This document shows positions 20,169 through 29,950 of a stretch of DNA of 64,000 nt, one piece after another; position 1 is the stretch's first letter; every line of letters starts with the position of its first letter. The stretch comes from an uncultured Collinsella sp. (lineage in GTDB: Bacteria > Actinomycetota > Coriobacteriia > Coriobacteriales > Coriobacteriaceae), in assembly GCA_958429025.1 (NCBI GenBank), contig CAUAIH010000009.1:2665-66664 (forward strand), read 5' to 3'. The position numbers and the translations under genes were made by a program. Below the pieces are notes generated by a model that saw only the letters and a program-made list of their open reading frames with translations, searched no databases and was not told the origin of the DNA.

Positions 20169-21158
20169 CTACTCAGACTGCCCGCTCTTCTTGGCATGTC
20201 TGGACGGAGCGCTCAAGAAACGACCCGTCAGATAGTTCGCGGGACCGGAGATATCGATCCCCAGCAGCACGTGTCCTAGCCATAGGAACGCCACGAGCAC
20301 CAGTAGAGGAATCACACACGAGGTCACGATCATCACGATGACGCCTTCGATCAGATCGGTCACCTGATGCACGATCTCATCGGTCATCTGCTTGGCACCG
20401 CTGGTCACCGACGTAACAAGGCTCGAGGCCCCGTCAGTCAACTGCTCGAGCACGTTTTTGGACTCCTTGGCCTCGGATTTTTTCTTGTTCGATTTTGAGC
20501 TGGTCTCACCTGACTTGTCCGTGGCATCAGCCGTCTTTGCGGCATCGCTCGCCTTTTGCTCAGCTTGCTCAATACTTACGCGATACGTTTCATCGACCTT
20601 CTGCGACACCCATACGCTCGCAGGCACGAGCGCCATGCCGATCACGGCAACCACCAGCACGCGCGTCGCCACACGGCGCAGGACAGCGCTCGTGCTCCAG
20701 CGCCCGTGAATGCCGAGCGACACCGCAAAGAGCACCAACGCAAACGGGATTAAGATGCCCAGGCCAACCGACCACAAAATCGTGAGCAAATATTTCTCTA
20801 GGTATAGCACGGCAAGCACGATACCAAGGTTGCCTGAAAGCTGCGCGAGCTGCTCGGCAACCGGCGTTCCCGTATCACCCGGCAGCGCGGTAATGCCCGC
20901 AGACAGCGCCACGCACGAGGTCGTGAGCGCCAAAACGTTGCCTTTCTTTTGGTCGATGACCTCGATGGTGGAGTCCCAAGTTTTGGTATCGGCGAAATGC
21001 GGACGAGCCACAAAGCCCGACAGCAGCGCCAGCACCACGAGCGCAACGATAAAGCCAATCTGCAGCTTTTTGTTTGCGCACACGACATCGGACAGGCTGG
21101 GCTGCAGCTCGGTTACCGTCGTGTGCTCGGTTATCTGGACAGGACGCCCATGAGCCAT
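20169..21158 (-). CDS. Hypothetical membrane protein
   Basis: Long ORF with several hydrophobic helices and a charged loop. Start uncertain (21158 or 21200). Confidence 0.75.
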   Translation of the reverse strand: MAHGRPVQITEHTTVTELQPSLSDVVCANKKLQIGFIVALVVLALLSGFVARPHFADTKTWDSTIEVIDQKKGNVLALTTSCVALSAGITALPGDTGTPVAEQLAQLSGNLGIVLAVLYLEKYLLTILWSVGLGILIPFALVLFAVSLGIHGRWSTSAVLRRVATRVLVVAVIGMALVPASVWVSQKVDETYRVSIEQAEQKASDAAKTADATDKSGETSSKSNKKKSEAKESKNVLEQLTDGASSLVTSVTSGAKQMTDEIVHQVTDLIEGVIVMIVTSCVIPLLVLVAFLWLGHVLLGIDISGPANYLTGRFLSAPSRHAKKSGQSE

Positions 21159-21486
21159 CTCGTGCGCGCCTCTTTTTTGTATTGACCCGTTATCCGGCAT
21201 TTGGATACCTCCTCAGTCCGGCGTTTAATGCGAAAGGAAGTATACCCACCGAGCAAAAATCGAACGGGAGGACGAACGGAGCGCACCAAGACTGCCCCCA
21301 ACGACTAGTCGTTTAAGAACGTCCCCCAATGACTGTCTCGGGATGAGTTGCGGTGGAATAGGGATTGTTTTGCGCCCGCCGGCCCCTATTCAGTCCCCAT
21401 TTCACCGCAACTTGGAGGAGGACAGAAAAAGCCCTGTCGCGGGTAGCGGCAGAGCTTTTGGAAGGGGACTTGGTTGTGAGGGCTCG

Positions 21487-21825
21487 TTAGGCGAGCTTGG
21501 CCTCGAGCTCGGCGATACGCTTGTAGGCATCGATGGTAAAGCGGGTCTGCTTCTCCAGGATCATAGTGGTCATGAGAGTGTCCTGAGCGTGAGCCATGAT
21601 GAAGGTCATCTCCATCTCGCCACCGCCGGCCTCCTGCGAAAGCAGTTTGGTCTGCGTGTCGTGGGCACCGATGAGCGCATCGCTGGCATCCTTGTGCAGC
21701 TGTTCGGCCTTCTCAAAGTCACCCTCGCGAGCAGCATCGAGCGCTGCAAGCAGATCGGTCTGGGCGTCACCTGCGTATGCGACGATCTCGAATCCAACCA
21801 TCGAGATTTCTTCTTTGGTTGCCAT
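21487..21825 (-). CDS. lacF: PTS lactose/cellobiose-family EIIA
   Basis: 'GFEIVAYAGDA', 'AHDTQTKLL', 'MAHAQDTLMT'. Confidence 0.93.
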   Translation of the reverse strand: MATKEEISMVGFEIVAYAGDAQTDLLAALDAAREGDFEKAEQLHKDASDALIGAHDTQTKLLSQEAGGGEMEMTFIMAHAQDTLMTTMILEKQTRFTIDAYKRIAELEAKLA

Positions 21826-22039
21826 ATTGCGTTCCTTTCACATATGAACCAATGGAGAGCATCGCGTCCGGGCATACGCGCTGCGTTGTGTATGACAGAA
21901 ACAATAACATTCAAACAAAAAAGAACAGCGCAAAACGTAATTTCGAACTATGAACGGTCACTTTTCGCCCGTGAACGGTTTTTAAACCAATCTGAACAAT
22001 ATCGAACACAATTAGCGGCAACCCAAACAGGGCCGCACC

Positions 22040-23044
22040 CTAGCGCAAATCGCGCACCGTATCGCCCTCTACGAGCACACCGGGGATCAGCATGTGCTCC
22101 ACGCCAGACGCACCCCCATCGGCGCCGGCAATCTTGTCGACCGCCCACATGCCGACGCGCTTGTTGTCAAAGCGCACCGTGGTCAGGCGACGGTCGGGCA
22201 CGATATCGCCCAGGCTGTCATCAACACCCACCACGCTCACGTCCTCGGGCACACGCCTTCCGCACGACTCGAGCCCGCGAATGCAGCCGTATGCCATGGC
22301 ATCGTTGGAAGCATAAATGGCCGTACAGGTCGGATCTTCCGCCAGAGCCTGACCGGCAGCATATCCGCTCTGTGCCGTCCAATCCCCACGGACGAGTCGC
22401 GGCGGCTCAATTCCATGCGCGCGCAATGTCTCGCGCCAGCCTTCCTCGCGCCGCATGCCCGAAAGCGAGCGCTCGGGACACGAGATAAAGTGCACGGTTT
22501 TGTGCCCCCGCCCCAGCAAGTACTCGACCACCTGGCGCGAGCAATCGAACTGGTCGTTATCGACCGTTGAACAGAGCGGATGCTCCAGCATCGTAACGAG
22601 CACCGTCTGCATGCCGGGCAGCGGCTCGAAGGTGCCAAAGTCCGCCGGCATGCGATTCATGATCACGACCATGCCGTCTACCGGCAGCGCGCTCATGCGC
22701 GACGATGCGCTCTCGAGGGTATACGGATGCCCATCTACTTTAGTGAGGGTGATGGCATAGCCATGTTTGTCGGCCGCGGCGGCAAAGCCCTCCATACGGT
22801 CGAGGTTGCCGGTACCGGTAATGTTGAACATGGCGACGCCAACGGTCTTAAACTTGCCACGGCGCAGCGATCGACCGGCAAAATTGGGGCGATACCCCAG
22901 CTCGCGCATGGCGGCACGCACGCGTTCCTTGGTCTCGGGGCGCACACTGGGCGAATCGTGCACGGTGCGCGAGACCGTCTGCTCCGAGACGCCCGCGAGA
23001 CGCGCCACATCCTTAACGGATACCGATTTTTTAACAGCGGCCAT
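22040..23044 (-). CDS. LacI-family regulator (module 1)
   Basis: 'VKDVARLAGVSEQTVSRT'; divergent from lacE1. Confidence 0.93.
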   Translation of the reverse strand: MAAVKKSVSVKDVARLAGVSEQTVSRTVHDSPSVRPETKERVRAAMRELGYRPNFAGRSLRRGKFKTVGVAMFNITGTGNLDRMEGFAAAADKHGYAITLTKVDGHPYTLESASSRMSALPVDGMVVIMNRMPADFGTFEPLPGMQTVLVTMLEHPLCSTVDNDQFDCSRQVVEYLLGRGHKTVHFISCPERSLSGMRREEGWRETLRAHGIEPPRLVRGDWTAQSGYAAGQALAEDPTCTAIYASNDAMAYGCIRGLESCGRRVPEDVSVVGVDDSLGDIVPDRRLTTVRFDNKRVGMWAVDKIAGADGGASGVEHMLIPGVLVEGDTVRDLR

Positions 23045-23058
23045 AGGTCGATCTTTCT

Positions 23059-23341
23059 ATGTCAACGATGCCATTGGTGGCACCCTACGCAGTCAAATGA
23101 AACGTCTTCAAGTATATCTAACGCCTCCCCCACCATACGCTCACCACCCAAAACCTACCGTTCACCGACATTTTTGCTTCCCCGAACGGCTTTTATCACC
23201 CAAATGTTAACGTTGCCATTGTGCAAACACAGAGCCACCGGGCGGCTCAAACGTTTACGCGTAAGGAATCGACGGTTCGCAGGCACAGGAACCACCGGTT
23301 CGCGTCTTTTTTTTTGTGTCACAAAATGGCAACGTCAACAT
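23059..23341. promoter_or_regulatory. LacI-type operators, consensus ATGTTAACGTTGCCAT
   Basis: Copies at 23059-23074, 23204-23219 and 23326-23341 (reverse). Confidence 0.75.
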
Positions 23342-23403
23342 TTTGGCAACCGAACGTCAAAAGCTACCATCGTTGCTAACCCACCGACTCTTAGGAGCAT
23401 TGC

Positions 23404-25179
23404 ATGGAGCAACTCATCGCCATCATCGAAAAGGGCCAGCCCTTTTTCAACGCGATCGCCCGCAACAAGTACCTCAAGGCGATCCGCGACGGCTTTATCT
23501 CCGTCATCCCCATCATCATCTTCTCGTCCATCTTCTGCCTGGTAGCCTCGGTCCCCAACATCTGGGGTTTCTACTGGCCCGATGACATCAACAACGCTCT
23601 GTGGAAGTGCTACAACTACTCCATGGGCATCCTGGCCATCGCCTGCGCCGCCACCACAGCCAAGCACTTCGCCGACGCTCAGAACCGCGACCTGCCCAAG
23701 AATAACCAGATTAACTTTATCTCATGCATGTGCGCGGCCATCATCGGCTTCTTGCTCCTTTCGAGCGACACGATCGCCACGGACGCCGCCAGCGGTTTCA
23801 ACACCACCTACCTTGGTTCCAAGGGCCTGCTGACCGCTTTCATCGCTGCGTTTGTGACCGGCATCATCTACAAGTTCTTCATTAAGCGCAACATCACCGT
23901 CAAGATGCCCGAGCAGGTTCCGCCCAACATCTCGCAGACCTTCAAGGACATCATCCCCTTCTCCGTCTGCATCACCGTCTTTTGGGTTTTTGACATCGTC
24001 TTCCGCGCTGCTTTTGGCTTCTGCTTTGCCCGGGGCGTCATCCAGGTGTTCCAGCCCCTGTTCACCGCTGCCGACGGCTATATCGGCCTCGCTGTGATCT
24101 ACGGCGCCATGAGCCTCTTCTGGTTCGTCGGCGTCCACGGCCCCTCGATCGTCGAGCCCGCCATCGCCGCCGCTCTCGTTGCCAACATGACCGACAACCT
24201 GGCTGCGTTCCAGGCTGGCCAGCACGCTTCCGCTGTCCTGACCCAGGGTGCCCAGTACTTCGTCGTCTGCATGGGTGGCACCGGCGCCACGCTCGTCCTG
24301 GTCTTTATGTTCTGCTTCCTGGCCAAGTCCCAGGAGATGCGCGCCGTCGGTAAGGCCGCCATCGTCCCCGTGTGCTTTGCCGTCAACGAGCCGCTGCTGT
24401 TCGCCGCACCCATCGTGCTCAATCCCGTCTTCTTTGTCCCGTTTGTCTTTGCCCCGATCGCCAACATCTGGATCCTCAAGATCTTTATCGACTTCTTGGG
24501 CATGAACGGCTTTATGTACACCCTGCCCTGGACCGTCCCCGGCCCCATCGGCACCATCATGGGCCTGGGCTTCCAGCCGCTCGCCTTTGTGATGCTCGCC
24601 CTTATCCTGGTCGTCGACTTCGTTCTGTACTATCCGTTCTTCCGTGCCTATGACGCCCAGAAGTGCGCCGAGGAGGCCGAGATCTCCCAGGAGGAGCTCG
24701 CCGCCAAGAACGCCGAGAAGGCCGCCAAGCTTAACGATGCCTTCCAGGGCAAGGCTGACGCCAAGAGCGTTGCCGCCGGCGCTGCTGCCGAGGCCGTGAA
24801 GGCCGACGCCCCCGCCGCTCCCGCCGCTGTCGCCACTGAGGCAACGACCGCCAGCGACCTCAACGGCAAGCGCGTGCTCGTGCTCTGCCAGGGTGGCGGC
24901 ACCTCGGGCCTGCTCGCCAACGCGCTGGCCAAGGCTGCCAAGGAGCGCGGCATTAACCTCGAGACCGCTGCCGAGGCCTATGGCAACCACGTTGACATGC
25001 TCCCCGACTTTGATCTGGTCGTCCTGGCCCCGCAGGCCGCCAGCTACCTGGCCGACCTGCAGAAAGACTGCGAGCGCGTAGGCAACAAGTGCGTCGCCTG
25101 CCGCGGTAAGCAGTACATCGAGCTCTCCCAGAACGGCGACAAGTCTCTCGCCTTCGTGAGTGAACAGCTTTCGAAGTAA
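23404..25179 (+). CDS. lacE: PTS lactose-type EIICB (copy 1)
   Basis: 'YLKAIRDGF', 'FWFVGVHGPS', 'GGTGAT', 'NEPLLFAAP'; EIIB 'VLVLCQGGGTS'. Confidence 0.92.
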   Translation: MEQLIAIIEKGQPFFNAIARNKYLKAIRDGFISVIPIIIFSSIFCLVASVPNIWGFYWPDDINNALWKCYNYSMGILAIACAATTAKHFADAQNRDLPKNNQINFISCMCAAIIGFLLLSSDTIATDAASGFNTTYLGSKGLLTAFIAAFVTGIIYKFFIKRNITVKMPEQVPPNISQTFKDIIPFSVCITVFWVFDIVFRAAFGFCFARGVIQVFQPLFTAADGYIGLAVIYGAMSLFWFVGVHGPSIVEPAIAAALVANMTDNLAAFQAGQHASAVLTQGAQYFVVCMGGTGATLVLVFMFCFLAKSQEMRAVGKAAIVPVCFAVNEPLLFAAPIVLNPVFFVPFVFAPIANIWILKIFIDFLGMNGFMYTLPWTVPGPIGTIMGLGFQPLAFVMLALILVVDFVLYYPFFRAYDAQKCAEEAEISQEELAAKNAEKAAKLNDAFQGKADAKSVAAGAAAEAVKADAPAAPAAVATEATTASDLNGKRVLVLCQGGGTSGLLANALAKAAKERGINLETAAEAYGNHVDMLPDFDLVVLAPQAASYLADLQKDCERVGNKCVACRGKQYIELSQNGDKSLAFVSEQLSK

Positions 25180-25245
25180 GTAACGCCCAGGGCCAGCTGA
25201 CCATACACAGCCGGCTGGCCCTTCGATTTAGACGATTGGATCATC

Positions 25246-26685
25246 ATGTCCGTTAACCCTGCTAGCGTCACCAATCCGCCTGCGCAGTTTCCCGAGGACT
25301 TTGTCTTTGGCGGCGCCACCGCTGCCTACCAAGTAGAGGGCGAGACCCGCACTCACGGTAAGGGCAAGGTCGCCTGGGACGACTTCCTGGAGGCCCAGGG
25401 GCGCTTTTCCCCCGATCCCGCTTCGGACTTCTACAACCAGTACCCCGTCGACCTGGAACTGTGCGAGGAGTTTGGCATCAACGGCATCCGTCTCTCCATT
25501 GCCTGGAGCCGCATCTTTCCCAACGGGACCGGCGAGATCAACCCCGAGGGCGTTCAGTTCTACCATGACCTCTTCGCCGAGTGCCACAAGCACCACGTTG
25601 AGCCGTTCGTCACGCTGCACCACTTTGACACGCCGCTGACTCTCTTTGAGAAGGGCGACTTCCTCAACCGCGAGACCATCGACGCTTTTGTGGACTTTGC
25701 CACCTTCTGCTTTAAGGAGTACGCCGACCAGGTGACCTACTGGTTCACCTTTAACGAGATCTGGGCCGACGCCTCCAACACCTACATCGAGGGCACCTTC
25801 CCCGGCGGCGTTAAGGCACATCTTGCCGAGGCCTTCCAGTGCGAACACAACATGATGCTCGCCCACGCCAAGGCCGTGCTGGCCTTCCACAACGGCGGTT
25901 TTAAGGGCAAGATCGGCGTCATCCAGTCGCTGGAGTTTAAGTATCCGCTCAACGAGAACGGCCCCGCCGACATCAAAGCCGCCAACAACGAGCACGTGCT
26001 GCAGAACCAGTTCTTGCTCGACGCCACCTTCCGCGGCGACTATGCGCCCGACACCCTCGAGTGCGCCAACCGCCTGGCTGCCGTCTCGGGCGGCACCATC
26101 GAGATCCTAGACGAGGATCTGGAAATCATGCGCGAGGCCGCGCTCTACAACGACTACCTGGGCGTTAACAACTACCAGTGCCGCTTCTTGAAGGCTTACG
26201 ACGGCGAGAACGACCTGCACCACAACGGTACGGGCGAGAAGGGCACCGGCCGCTGGCGCGTTAAGGGTATTGGCGAGCATGTGAACAAGCCTGGCATCCC
26301 CACCACCGACTGGGACTGGATCATCTATCCCGAGGGTCTGTTCGATCTGCTCGTCTACATTAAGCAGCGCTACCCCAACTATAAGCAGATCTTCATCACC
26401 GAGAACGGCATGGGCTACAAGGACCCCTACAAGGACGGTTTTGTGGACGACCAGCCGCGCATCGACTACATCGAGCAGCACCTGCGCTGGTTGCTCAAGG
26501 CCATGGAGGTGGGCGTCAACGTGGGCGGCTACTTCCTGTGGAGCCTGCAGGATCAGTTCTCCTGGACCAATGGTTACAACAAGCGTTACGGCTTCTTCTA
26601 CGTTGACTTTGAAACCCAGAAGCGCACGCCCAAGGCAAGCGCCTACTGGTATAAGCACGTGGCGCAGACCCGTCGTCTGGACTAG
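25246..26685 (+). CDS. lacG: 6-phospho-beta-galactosidase, GH1 (copy 1)
   Basis: 'FGGATAAYQVEG', 'TFNEI', 'ITENG', 'FSWTNGYNKRYG'. Confidence 0.92.
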   Translation: MSVNPASVTNPPAQFPEDFVFGGATAAYQVEGETRTHGKGKVAWDDFLEAQGRFSPDPASDFYNQYPVDLELCEEFGINGIRLSIAWSRIFPNGTGEINPEGVQFYHDLFAECHKHHVEPFVTLHHFDTPLTLFEKGDFLNRETIDAFVDFATFCFKEYADQVTYWFTFNEIWADASNTYIEGTFPGGVKAHLAEAFQCEHNMMLAHAKAVLAFHNGGFKGKIGVIQSLEFKYPLNENGPADIKAANNEHVLQNQFLLDATFRGDYAPDTLECANRLAAVSGGTIEILDEDLEIMREAALYNDYLGVNNYQCRFLKAYDGENDLHHNGTGEKGTGRWRVKGIGEHVNKPGIPTTDWDWIIYPEGLFDLLVYIKQRYPNYKQIFITENGMGYKDPYKDGFVDDQPRIDYIEQHLRWLLKAMEVGVNVGGYFLWSLQDQFSWTNGYNKRYGFFYVDFETQKRTPKASAYWYKHVAQTRRLD

Positions 26686-26730
26686 CGGCTGGCGGGGTCG
26701 CCTGCCCACATAACCTGTCCCCATTTCTCA

Positions 26731-26774
26731 GCCGGGGGCGGCACGTCACACGGCGCGCCGCCCCCGGCCTTTTT
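26731..26774 (+). terminator. Intrinsic terminator after lacG1
   Basis: GCCGGGGGCGGC / GCCGCCCCCGGC stem plus T-run. Confidence 0.75.
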
Positions 26775-26794
26775 GTTTTTGGGCTGGTCGGGAG

Positions 26795-26944
26795 CCGTTT
26801 GTCTCGATCTGTAACATCTAGCCGAGTTTTTTGGTCCTAGCTGTTACAGATTGAGACGAACAGGATTGCTCTTTCCGAAGAATCTAAATCTGTAACACGT
26901 AGCCCGCTTTTGACCGTCTACCTGTTACAAATCGAGACAAACGG
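26795..26944. repeat. TGTAACA-N25-TGTTACA palindromic repeat array A (2 units)
   Basis: Units of TCTCRATCTGTAACA-25 nt-TGTTACAGATYGAGAC, seen directly. Confidence 0.9.
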
Positions 26945-26952
26945 AGTAGGAC

Positions 26953-27981
26953 CTAACCCCGTATGTCCCTAACAGTCGAGCGTTCGACCAGCGTACTCGG
27001 CACATGAATCGCCTCGATAGACGAGTTCTCTCCAATCGCCGCCTCAAACGCAAGCTTACCGACACCGCGCAAATCAAATCGCAGCGTCGTCAGTCGATTG
27101 TGAGGAACAAGTCCCTCGAGTGCGTCGTCGATACCAACCACGCTCACGTCGTCGGGCACGGACAGGCCCGCGTTCTCGAGCGCGGCGATAACGCCCAGCG
27201 CCATCTGGTCATTTGCCGCAAGCACGGCAGTCGGCGCCTGCGACCCGCCGGCAAGCACCTCGGCCGCAATCCGCTCGCCCATGGCGTACCCACTGTCCGC
27301 ACTCCAATCGCCACGCAGCATCGGAGCGGCATCGACATGAGCACGACCCAGCGTATCGCGCCAACCGGCCTCACGAAAACGCGAGGAAATCGAGTTTTCC
27401 GGACCCGCCACAAACCGCATATTCGAGTGACCATGTTCCAGCAGATAATTGGTCAACAGCTCGCACGAACCATACTGGTCGGAGTCGATCGTCGTGCAGC
27501 GCGGATGCGCATACATGGACAGGATGACCGTTCGCACTCCCGGCTGGGGAACAAACTCCTCAAAATCGGGAGCCATGCGGTTCATGTTGAGAATCATGCC
27601 GTCGACGGGTCGCTCGACCATGCGGCGCGAGGCATCGGCAAGTGTATAGGGCTTGTCGCCGCCCATCTCGATCATAGTGACGGCAAAATCGTGCTCGCGC
27701 GCCGCTTGCATGATACCCTCGAGCGTCGCCAGGTTACCGACACGTGTGATGTTGTACATGCACAGGCCAATAGAACGATACGACCCGCCGCGCAACGCCG
27801 CTCCAGCAAAATTGGGACGAAAGCCCAGCTCTTCCATGGCGGCCAGCACACGCTTTCGCGTCTTTTCCGTCACGTTGGGCATACCGTTGACCACGCGAGA
27901 CACAGTCTGGCGGCTCACGCCAGCGAGCGCCGCAACCTCTGCCGCGCTCGCCGAATGACCATTCCTTGTCTGCTGAGCCAT
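26953..27981 (-). CDS. LacI-family regulator (module 2)
   Basis: 'AEVAALAGVSRQTVSRV'. Start chosen at MAQQ (27981). Confidence 0.92.
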   Translation of the reverse strand: MAQQTRNGHSASAAEVAALAGVSRQTVSRVVNGMPNVTEKTRKRVLAAMEELGFRPNFAGAALRGGSYRSIGLCMYNITRVGNLATLEGIMQAAREHDFAVTMIEMGGDKPYTLADASRRMVERPVDGMILNMNRMAPDFEEFVPQPGVRTVILSMYAHPRCTTIDSDQYGSCELLTNYLLEHGHSNMRFVAGPENSISSRFREAGWRDTLGRAHVDAAPMLRGDWSADSGYAMGERIAAEVLAGGSQAPTAVLAANDQMALGVIAALENAGLSVPDDVSVVGIDDALEGLVPHNRLTTLRFDLRGVGKLAFEAAIGENSSIEAIHVPSTLVERSTVRDIRG

Positions 27982-28041
27982 GCCTTCCACGCTAACCTGC
28001 TTCCCAACTATTCCCCGCGCCCATGGCGCATCGTACATACA

Positions 28042-28211
28042 TCGATAACGTGCTCATGATACCCGAGCCATATACCACAACATGAAAACTTCTGTCAATC
28101 AAAACCGCTTACCGAACAAATACAACCGTTCGCGGCTGTTTGAAGTTGTTTTGTTTCTATACATCCCAGCCGGATGTTAACGTGCTCATTGTCAAATGTT
28201 CACGTGCTCAT
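28042..28211. promoter_or_regulatory. LacI-type operators, consensus ATGTTAACGTGCTCAT
   Basis: Copies at 28042-28057, 28174-28189 and 28196-28211. Confidence 0.78.
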
Positions 28212-28325
28212 TTTGGTTCTAATCATTTTAAGATAGTGTTTATCGGGCTTTTTCACCGCTGAACGCTAACCAGGGAGCCTCCTGAGCGCAAACGCACAAT
28301 ATCGAACAGCGAGACGAGAGGGTGT

Positions 28326-29774
28326 ATGCATATGTCTTTGCTAAACCGCGTACAGCAGCTGCCGAAGGGCTTTGTTTGGGGCGCCGCAACCGCCGCGTAC
28401 CAAACGGAAGGTTCCACGAAGGTGGCAGGCAAGGGTAAGACCATGTGGGACGATTACCTTGTCGCCCAGGGTCGCTTTTTGCCCGACCCGGCCAGTGATT
28501 TCTACAACCGCTACGAGGAGGATATCCGCCTTTCTGCCGAGCATGGACTCAACGCCATCCGTGTGTCCATCGCCTGGACCCGCATCTTCCCCAACGGCGA
28601 CGATGCCGAGCCCCTCGCCGAGGGCGTTAAGCACTACCACGAGCTGTTCGCCTGCTGCAAAAAGTATGGCGTCGAGCCCTATGTGTCCCTGCATCACTTT
28701 GACTCCCCCGCCGCCCTGTTCAACCAGGGCGACTGGCTCAACCGCAAGACCGTCGACGCCTATGTGCGCTATGCCGAGTTCTGCTTCCGCGAGTTCCGCG
28801 AGGTCAAGAATTGGTTCACCATCAACGAGCTCATCAGCCTCTCGCACTCCCAATACATCCAAGGCAACTTCCCGCCCAACCATCACTTTGATGTGACGAG
28901 CGGCATCCAGAGCCAGCACAACGAGCTCGTTGCCCACGCCCGCGCCGTCAACCTGTATAAGGATCTTGACGAGACCGAGCACCTGGGCGGACGCATTGGC
29001 ATGGTCAACGTCCTGACGCCGGCATATCCTGCCACAGACTCGCCCGCCGACCAGCACGCCGCCGACCTGTACAACGCCTTCTACACCGACTTCATCATGG
29101 ACGGCGCCTTCCTGGGTCACTACTCCGCGCGCACCCTCTCACTCATCAACGAGATTCTGCGTGCCAACAACGCCACGCTTACGGTTGAGGACAGCGACAT
29201 GGAGGAGCTCGCCAAGGCGGCGCCCCGCAACGATATGTTCGGCCTCAACTACTATCAGTCGGCGTTTATCGCCGCCTACGATGGCGAGTCCACCAACAGC
29301 TTTAACGGCACCGGAGACAAGGGCACCTCGTGCTTTAAGTTTAAGGGCGTCGGGCAGCAGGTCGATATGCCGGGTATCCCCACCACCGACTGGGATTGGC
29401 TCATCTACCCGCAAGGCCTCTACGACACGCTCAAGCACATCAGCGCCACCTATCCCAACCTCCCCGTCATCTATATCACCGAAAACGGCCTGGGCCACAA
29501 GGACCCCGAGCCCGACGCAAACGGCATCGTCGCCGATCCCGAGCGCATCGACTTTGTCGACCAGCACATGGAGAAGGTGCTCCGGGCGCGCGCCGAGGGC
29601 GTCGACGTCCAGGGCTACTTTATCTGGAGCCTGCAGGACCAGTTCTCGTGGGCCAACGGCTATAACAAGCGCTACGGCCTGTTCTACATCGACTTCGACA
29701 CGCAAAAACGCTACATCAAGCAGTCGGCACTCTGGTACAAGGAGCTCGCCGACACTATGGCGGACGCGCAGTAG
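28326..29774 (+). CDS. lacG: 6-phospho-beta-galactosidase, GH1 (copy 2)
   Basis: 'WGAATAAYQTEG', 'TINEL', 'ITENG', 'FSWANGYNKRYG'. Confidence 0.9.
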   Translation: MHMSLLNRVQQLPKGFVWGAATAAYQTEGSTKVAGKGKTMWDDYLVAQGRFLPDPASDFYNRYEEDIRLSAEHGLNAIRVSIAWTRIFPNGDDAEPLAEGVKHYHELFACCKKYGVEPYVSLHHFDSPAALFNQGDWLNRKTVDAYVRYAEFCFREFREVKNWFTINELISLSHSQYIQGNFPPNHHFDVTSGIQSQHNELVAHARAVNLYKDLDETEHLGGRIGMVNVLTPAYPATDSPADQHAADLYNAFYTDFIMDGAFLGHYSARTLSLINEILRANNATLTVEDSDMEELAKAAPRNDMFGLNYYQSAFIAAYDGESTNSFNGTGDKGTSCFKFKGVGQQVDMPGIPTTDWDWLIYPQGLYDTLKHISATYPNLPVIYITENGLGHKDPEPDANGIVADPERIDFVDQHMEKVLRARAEGVDVQGYFIWSLQDQFSWANGYNKRYGLFYIDFDTQKRYIKQSALWYKELADTMADAQ

Positions 29775-29950
29775 CGCATCGCCTCGCTTTCCCCCGAGAG
29801 GGGAGCGGCCCTATGCGATACAAACCCAGCCGCTCCCCTCTCTCCCCCTGGGACCGACCCCGCCTGCACCCGGGCTTTTAGCAAGCGGGAGACCATATAG
29901 GTTTTCAACGTCCATGCCATTAAGATTTCATGCAAAGAGGAGCGTGAACT

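Noticed and set aside
23307..23315. Poly-T run in the lacE1 promoter as a phase-variable tract
   Set aside because: Only 9 nt and promoter elements were not mapped; insufficient evidence.
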